Below are positions 8,701 to 16,700 of a stretch of DNA of 25,010 nucleotides, in pieces. This DNA comes from a virus. Its lineage: Duplodnaviria > Caudoviricetes. The stretch lies in IMG/VR virus record IMGVR_UViG_3300020371_000052, positions 1-25,010 of that record, one strand, 5' to 3'. Every line of letters starts with the position of its first letter. Position 1 is the first letter of the stretch. The notes below the pieces were generated by a model. That model saw nothing but the letters and a program-made list of their open reading frames with translations. It did not search any database and was not told the DNA's origin. A program made the translations under genes and the position numbers.

Positions 8701-10575
8701 GCTCAGTGTTACAATATTTCCATTAATTTGAGATACAGTTGTTCCAGCATCGAGTGTTCCACCTCCAGAGTTTACTGTTACTGGAGATCCTGGTAAAATG
8801 CCAGTTGCATCATCTACTTCAAATTCCTCTGTAGGTCCACTAGAAGAGAAATCAAGTGTTGTGGCACCAGGAGTAGTTGGTGGATCTGATAATGTAATTT
8901 GTGTTGGACTATCTACAGAAGCAACTGTTGTTGCTGGTGTTAAAGCTCCTGTTCCTAGAGGATCTTCAATGATCGACATTCCAGGAATAATATTAGCAGT
9001 TGATGCTAAAGTTAAAGTTGTTCCTGCGCCTAGTGTTGCTGATACTCCTTGTACAATACCTCTAAAATATGCAGTGGTAGATACAGCAACGGGGAAAGTT
9101 AGAGTTTCGCCAACTTGGTACGAACTTCCTTTTGTATCAAAAACAAGATTAGTAATACTACTAGGATTCGATTGAATTGCGTACTCAAATCCAGAACCTC
9201 CTGCACCACCTATATCAGAATCTAATACTCCTACAGTATCTCCAGTTTCATATCCAGATCCTTGTGTGGTGATATTGACATCACTAACGACACCATTATA
9301 AGTGAATGTTCCTAGTGTATACTGGAATCCAGCACCAGTTGGTAAATCAGCTGCAGCTGCTTCTAATACATCGCCTGTTTTGTACCCAGATCCTTGGATA
9401 ACTTCAGTGACAGTTGATACTTGACCACCAGCATTAGTTTCAATATCTACAACCATTCCAGTACCATGCTGACCAACGGATCCTGTGGTTACAGTAATAG
9501 CTGCTCCCATGCCATCATGAGCAGCACAGTTGTATTTGATATTTCCTGTTGGAGCATCTGGACTAATAATAAAGTCCATAAATGCACCAGCAGTTCCAGC
9601 AGTGCCCGATTGAACCATTGAATATAACAATGGATCTAGTGAGTTGCCATCGGTCTGTTGGAATACCAACGGATGGGTTGACATAGAAGAATCACTTACA
9701 TCAAATCTGTAGGTATTTCCTCTAATGAGAGTTAAAGTATCTTGAGTTACTCCATTAATCTGGTATACTTCATTTGGTGGAGGAGTTCCAGGATTTGAAA
9801 CAGATGTTACAGTATATGTTGTAGTTGGAACGTTGAATAGAGTAACAGCGGAGAATTGGAAATCAGCGTCATATCCTGATCCAGGTGTAATAGTTCCTGA
9901 GATAACAGTACCACCAACGACACTAATATCTGCTCTAGCACCTGCACCACTACCTGTTAATGTTTGTAATGGAACATTATTAAAAAGACCAAACGAACCA
10001 TCATATCCAGAACCACCATCTGTGATAGTTCCTGAAATACCTTCTACATCAAAGTTCACTGCAGTTCCAGTTGAACTTCCACCAACTAAAGCAATTCCAG
10101 TGTAAGTACCAGGAGTATATCCTTCACCATCTTCGGTTACTGTTCCTGTAAATTCTGTTACTACAATATTTCCTGTAGCATTTCTGCCAGTACCACCAAA
10201 AAGAAATACCCCACTATACGAACCAGCATCATAGTTAGAACCGCCACTAGAGACAAGAAGTCCTCCAGTTGCGATAACATTTTTCTCTAACTCAACATCA
10301 ATAAAGTTGACAAATGAACTTGCTGTTAGATTTGCTAATTTTTTGCTATTATATACAAATCCAAGAACACCATTTTCTGGTCTATAAAAACCTAAACTTG
10401 GTTCATTATCAAATGCTAGAGATGGTAGGGGTCTTGTACCATCACCAATTTTTAAATTTCCTGTAGCAAGATCGCTACCACCAGCACTGATGGCAAACAA
10501 TTGAGATCCAATCTCATTGATCTTTACCCTTTGCTGCTCAAAGGTATCGGTTCTGGCGACATTAATTGCTGGCAT
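5734..10575 (-). CDS. Modular virion fibre/structural protein (1613 aa) with GSGY repeats, two cupredoxin-like domains, a CBM-like motif and a duplicated GAIRFN..EGY..W.SLGGV.D.D unit
   Basis: ORF track. The N-terminal [15 protein letters not shown] motif and C-terminal ..[20 protein letters not shown].. domain are typical of T4-like cyanophage structural proteins. Gly/Thr/Ser-rich throughout. Confidence 0.9.
   Translation of the reverse strand: [1613 protein letters not shown]
5808..5814 (-). promoter_or_regulatory. Candidate internal late promoter CTAAATA, about 78 nt upstream of the 166-aa gene
   Basis: Plus-strand tatttag at 5808-5814 within the last codons of the 1613-aa gene (CAA CTA AAT ATT). 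Its position suits the downstream gene, but it could be chance. Confidence 0.4.
6400..7278 (-). repeat. Protein-level duplication (about 75-aa unit x2) in the 1613-aa protein
   Basis: [63 protein letters not shown] (about 7050-7278) versus [63 protein letters not shown] (about 6400-6615). Confidence 0.9.
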
Positions 10576-10780
10576 TTTTGATTAACTCTCGCAGTAAGGC
10601 TTTGATTTCAGATACTTCATCCTTCAAGTTATTTATGTCATCAACTACAGTCTCGATACGAGACATCTTACGCCTAGCCTCTACATGCTTGAGAAATTCA
10701 CTTCTATTTGTATTAACAATCGCACCAGTTCTAGGATCACGAAGTAGTGAATCGTGATCCTTTACTTTGATATAATCCAT
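10562..10780 (-). CDS. Small T4-like cyanophage hypothetical protein (72 aa, C-terminal coiled coil)
   Basis: ORF track. KVKDHDSLLRDPRTGAIVNTN followed by heptad-like INNLKDEVSEIKALLRELI; I recall this type of gene following vrlC in marine T4-likes. Its start overlaps the vrlC stop (TGATG at 10782-10778) and its end overlaps the next start by 14 nt. Confidence 0.9.
   Translation of the reverse strand: MDYIKVKDHDSLLRDPRTGAIVNTNRSEFLKHVEARRKMSRIETVVDDINNLKDEVSEIKALLRELIKNASN
10630..10636 (-). promoter_or_regulatory. Candidate internal late promoter ATAAATA inside the 72-aa gene, about 55 nt upstream of the 1613-aa gene
   Basis: Plus-strand tatttat at 10630-10636, read on the minus strand as GAC ATA AAT AAC (D-I-N-N). 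Confidence 0.6.
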
Positions 10781-13700
10781 CAGTAAGAAGCAACTGCTCT
10801 CATGTCTTGGATCTTGGGAACGTAAGCAGGATTGTCAGACTTCATAACAATCTTAATACCAAAGGAAGAGAATTCAGGTAGATCTGATACACTGTATTCT
10901 AGTTCTTGATAAGAGGTCTGCTTCTCTGTAATACTTGAAATAGTATTCTCTGCGGAAGCAACAACGTCAAAGTCAGGTAGACCTGTTCCATTGAAGAACT
11001 GGTACTCAATAACATCAAAGGATTCTTGACTAGAAGACTCTTTATATCTAAAGAGAACCTGAATATCAGAAACATCTTTGATGTTTGCAGTCAACTTGAC
11101 GTTAATTGAAGTTCCAGGATTGCCAATGGAGATTTCTTTTGTTACATACTTAGCAATGGAAGAACTATTGACGAATCTATTTTCTGGTGCATAGTCAATA
11201 CCATCGGTATATTCGATTTCTTTGACTTCCCAGTATGCAGACTCATCTGCTTCTTGACCTGTGTAAGAAAGAATATCACCAACACGGAAGATATCTTCTA
11301 CACTTTCTCCACTTCTTGCTACACTTGGTTCTACTACTGAAGCTTCTGCAAGTGTTTGATCGAATGTAGTTGAACCAAACGGTTTCTTATCATTCTTAAC
11401 TGTAATCTCTTGACTATTAATATCGAAGAAGGTTACTTTACCTTCGATCTTAGCAGTGAAGATTCCAGTGAATCCAACATTTCTTGCAGTAACAGTAGCA
11501 CCAACAGTAGGAATTACAGGACCAGCTGTACCACCAAATGTTACTTTAACTGGATCTGAAGTTACTGTTGGGTTTCCAGCAATGCCAGAGATAGACAACT
11601 GATCATTCTTGGAGAATGGATTGATAGTAGAAACTCTTACGTAAACAATTGTATCACCACCTACTTCAACAACCCTAGCAATAGTTCCTTTTGCTTGAGA
11701 ACCATTTAGTCCAGCAACAGTAGAACCAATTGCTTCAATACTGACTTCTTGATTGGAAAGAATAGTCTGTCCATTCAAGTTGCCTAAGACGAAAGAATAA
11801 ACTTCCTTGAGTCTAAGCAATGCATCTCTTCTTCCATATCTATCCTCTTTACCAGATGCGTTTTCAATTCTATTGCTAGAAGTGATTACACTTGCAGAAG
11901 AAAGATCAATGGCAGGTGATAGGTATGTAATATCAGAATTGAAATCAATTTTATATTCAATAGAACGATCAATATTATTCATAACCTGATTGATTCTTGA
12001 AGCAAGAACTTTCTGGTTTGTGAAGTATTGAATTTCATTCAAGAATGTCTTTTCATATACTGTTTGAGAATATGAAACATAGTTTTCTGTATCAGAATCA
12101 ACAGGAATAATATTGGTTGTCTTTACAGATGATGTGACTGTGGTATCACTGAAGGACAAGTAATTGACTTGTGGGAATAGTCTTTCAAACTTTCTGTTAT
12201 ATGCTGCTAGGACAACACCACCGCCACCTTTTACACTATTGGAAGCAGTTGTATCGTTAGTAATGTTATACGAATCAATACCAGCATTGGTGACTCTAAA
12301 GAGTTTTGTGTTAAGTTGTGTACTAGAAACACCACCTACACCATCAGCACCACTGTAGAATACATACGATTTTCCACCGTCTTCAAAACCATGGTTCTTA
12401 TGGTAAACCTTAACAACTTTGTTGTTGAGTTTAAACAGAGGAGAAGTTGCATTCTGATCTGAGACTCCACTAGTCTCATATGGATTCAGTTTGAGATATT
12501 CGTAACCAGGATTCTCGGTAGAGAGCTTCAATGTAGCACCTCTAGTTGTATCGAATTCTGCACGATTCAATTTGAATTTAATATCTTCAAATAGATCTTC
12601 TGTCCAGTTATCAGTATTCTGTGCCTTATAAACAGATCCAAGGAGAGGTTGTGTTGTTACAGGAGAACTAGTAACAATCTCTGTTTCTCCAAGTCTAGAA
12701 GACCAAAGCATATATTCAGTAGAATCTGTTTCAATCACTAATGCATACTGAGATCCATTCTGTAAGTAAACAGGATTTTTAAATTTAAACTTGGTAGGAA
12801 TAGTAGAGTTGGTAGTTCCATCTGTATCAACAGCAACACCCATTCTAACTGCAGGATTATCAATTGTAATCTTTGCAGTAACTACTCCACCGCCATTACC
12901 ACTTCCAACACCCTTGATAACGATTGCTGGAGGTGCAGTGTATCCAGATCCACCAAGGGATACTGAAGCATCGTAAATTCTTCCTTCTGAAATCTTAACA
13001 GCACCGCTTGCCTGACTTCCTCCTGCAAGTTGTGGACTTTCAAAAGTCAAGAATGCGGAGTCGTAACTTTGACCTGTTGCTTCAACAATTAGATCAGTAA
13101 CTCTTCCAGAATCTTTAGCAATCGTAAGACCTAGGTTGGTGTTATTCTTGTTATTGAATTCTGTGATTGAATCAATAATCAAGTTCTCATTTTGGATGAA
13201 TTCTCTGCCATTGTGGTTAGAGAGAACCAAGGTGTAAACTTGATCACTAGAAACAATTACCTTACCATCAGCAGAAGCAGTCACCTCAATATTGGTTGAA
13301 TCTAGAACTTTAAGTAATGGTCCACTACATGCAGACTGAGAACCAACAATATTTTCTCCAACTGTTAAGGTTGTTGTGCCATTAGAATATGCACGAATCA
13401 AGGTATTTGGAGACAGTGTTGCTTCTGCTCCAGGAATAATATGTTTTGCTGGTTTGTCAATTTCAGTATTTGTTAGATATACTCTGATAGGAATATTGGT
13501 GCTCTTCTTATTAAAGTAGAGTTCTGCACTGGTTACAAACAAACCACCTTCAAAAGATTCAATACTGAAAGTTTGTGCAAGTGGATTGGGTTTGATTTCA
13601 ACATCAGTTACACTGTCAATTTTCTGTACACCTTCATTTGCTTTAAAGTAAGCAGGTCCAGTAGAATTGATGGTTGGTGGATTTTGTGGTAACTTGCCAA

Positions 13701-16700
13701 GTGCATAATACTTAAGATCTGCATATGAATCTACAGTATCTTTGGCGTCATTAGTACGACTTGAGGTGAACCTAATAGTCTTGATACCCGTTACGATTCT
13801 CAATTCTGGTTGTGTAGCATCATAAGATACGGTATCGATATTACCAGTCCATGTTGCATTCTCTACAGGAGGAACACCACCAGGAATAATGATGATACCA
13901 CTAGCATTACCATTTTCGTCTGTTGTAATTGGTGCGTTAAATCCAATTGAGGAATTGCCAGCAATACCAGTAAATCTGCTATCGGGACATGTCCATCTAG
14001 AGATGTCATTTCCTTCCAAGAAAGGATATAATGTAGTCAATGGTTTTAATCTTTGTACAGTAAACTTGACTGCAGTGGATCTAGCATAGAACTTCAGAGA
14101 AGTAGCAACTGTTCCTTTCTGGTCAGAATCTGTAGCAATACCTTTACCAATTTCATTGTTATCTGGACTTACATTAGAGCTACTTGCAACTGATGCTCTG
14201 GTTACTTTTTCGATAGAACTATCTGTGTTAGTCTTACCAAAAGATGCAATGCTTCCAAAGGTTCCTTTTGATCCAATCCAGTTAATTACAAATGAATTGA
14301 AGATACTAGAGAAACTCTCGGTAGTATCATCTTTGGAGATGAAGATAGAGTATAGACCAGTGTTGTTATCAACAATTACTGGTTCTACTTCTTGATCATA
14401 CCAAGAATCAATTTGTGGATCTAAGTGTCCTTCACCAACATATTGTAGTGCAACAAATGGATTTGGATTAATAGTCTTTGTAGCAAAACTATTTCCAAGA
14501 ACCTCAAGTTCTGTGTATGGTAGAGTTACTAGATCTCCTGTTCTGACATAACCATCTACAAATCTTTGGTCTGTAGTAGTATTAATTTCTTCTAGTCTGA
14601 AAGAATCTTCTTTATTGGGAGATCTCAATACAGACTGTTGTGTATCAATAGCACACTTGTAGTCCTCGGAAGAAATTTCACCAATACCATGAGTTTCAAA
14701 ATTGTCAACAACAAATCCTGTTTTGAATCTATCAAATCCAATAGTGTCACGGATCTGCATGTTCAGAGCTTGTTGCTCAAGAACACTAAGAGTGGTATAA
14801 TACTCAAGACGCTCAATGCGCTTTTCAAGTTTACCAATATCCTTCATCGTATATCTACGATTGTCAACAGGAAGAATTCTTACATCCTTGCTGTTTTTCG
14901 TAAATGCTGGTACATAGAAATAGTATAGTGGGATAGCGTCGTCAATTAACTCGGGTTTGGTTGGATTCTGTGAGGAGTTACCTTCCTTGAGTACAAACTG
15001 TCCTCTCTTCGTCAAGAACACACCATCAATTCTATTCAAGAATTCTGTTTGGGTAAACTTGAATGTAAATTCAAGGTTCTTATCTGGAGCAGGAACAACA
15101 GATGCAACACCACCCTCACCAATAAAGTTTCTGAGGATTGCTTCTCTTGAAGATTGATCTTGGAATCCTGTTACAAATGAAGAAGAATCTACCTTTGGTC
15201 TGAAGTCAAATACATTCTTGAGTGAAAGAATGCCATGGACTGCAGAGTTAAAGGTTGGGATTTCTTCTAGAGTTACACCTGCTTCGTGGAGGTAACTATC
15301 TACGGTACAGAAGTCTCCTTGTGAGTGCTCAAAATAATCAAACGCAACTACAAGTTGACCTACTGGAGCTTCAAATCCTGGTTTTAGAACAATGCGTGAT
15401 ACATCATAGAATGTATCTCTTTGTCCATCATCAAAAGTGAATCTCTCGGTAACATCAACACCAGAGACTAGGTTACCAGCACTATCGATTGTTGGTGGCG
15501 AAGAAGAAGTACCTTCGTAGATGTACTTAAGTTTGAATACATCAGAATACGTAGATACATTAGTTGCTTCTGTATCGAAGTTTTCTCCTCTTAGTGGTAC
15601 AATTCTGTCACCAGCAGACTTGATAAGAATTCTTCTGTTTCTTACTACGGACTTAATCCTAGGTCTTGCTTTGCTTAGTTCTAAGGTAGCACTTAATTTG
15701 AGTGTTGGGAATGGTTCTTGTGAAGTTCCGAAAAACTCTTGTGGTAGATTTACCTTAATACTGCCAGCATTAAGTCCACTAGCAGCATCTGTTGTGCTTT
15801 CATTAATAATGTTTGCTTCTGTCAAATAGATGACATCACCAGTTGCAACTTTTGTTGATGATCCTGGGTTCAGGACAGTCATTACAAAGTTTTCTGGAGT
15901 AAATCTGGCAAATCTTTGAGTACCAAATGGCAACTGTGCAGTAAAAGTAATGTTACCACCACTAGATGCTGCCTCTGTAATGAAATCTTTTCTGTAGAAA
16001 TAAGAGATCTTAGAGTCTTCGTTGCTTTGTGAAATGCTAGCAACTTGATTACCACCAGTTGGGTATAAGAGAGATCCCTTAGAAGAGTTTTCAATATTGC
16101 ATTCTACTTTAACAACACTTCCGTTGACAACATCTGCTGCTAGTGCAGTGTCTAGATAGATTCTAGACTTAAGGGTTCCTTCTGGTTTAGTAGCATATGC
16201 TACCATTACTTTTTCTGCAGCACCAGCAGAATCGGTAAATTGAATGTAATCACCTTGCTTCAGGAATACTGTAGTATCTCCATTAAATCCATTACACTCC
16301 AAGAATCTAGATCCTGCACCACCAGTGAAAGTAAAGTCAGTTACTGGGATAAGTTTTGCATATGGAGACTTGGATGCTTCTAGGTCAGCAGTGAACAAGT
16401 TGTTGCCACCAGATCCGTAAGCACATCCAAATGATTTGACATCGTTTGGTGTATAAGTCTGAACTGTATTTCTAAACAGGACAGCATCAATCTTTGCGGA
16501 TGTAGTAATAGTTCCCGAAGAAGGAGCATCGACAGTTACTACAGGTGGTTGTGAATATGTCTGACCAAATACGCCTCTGTTTAAAATGTCAATACCAAAT
16601 ACATTTCCGTCAATATTTCCAAAGACATTAACTTTTGATGTATCAAATGATACTCCATTGATGGAGATGCCTGCAGTTCCAGCAGTTCCATTGGTACTTA

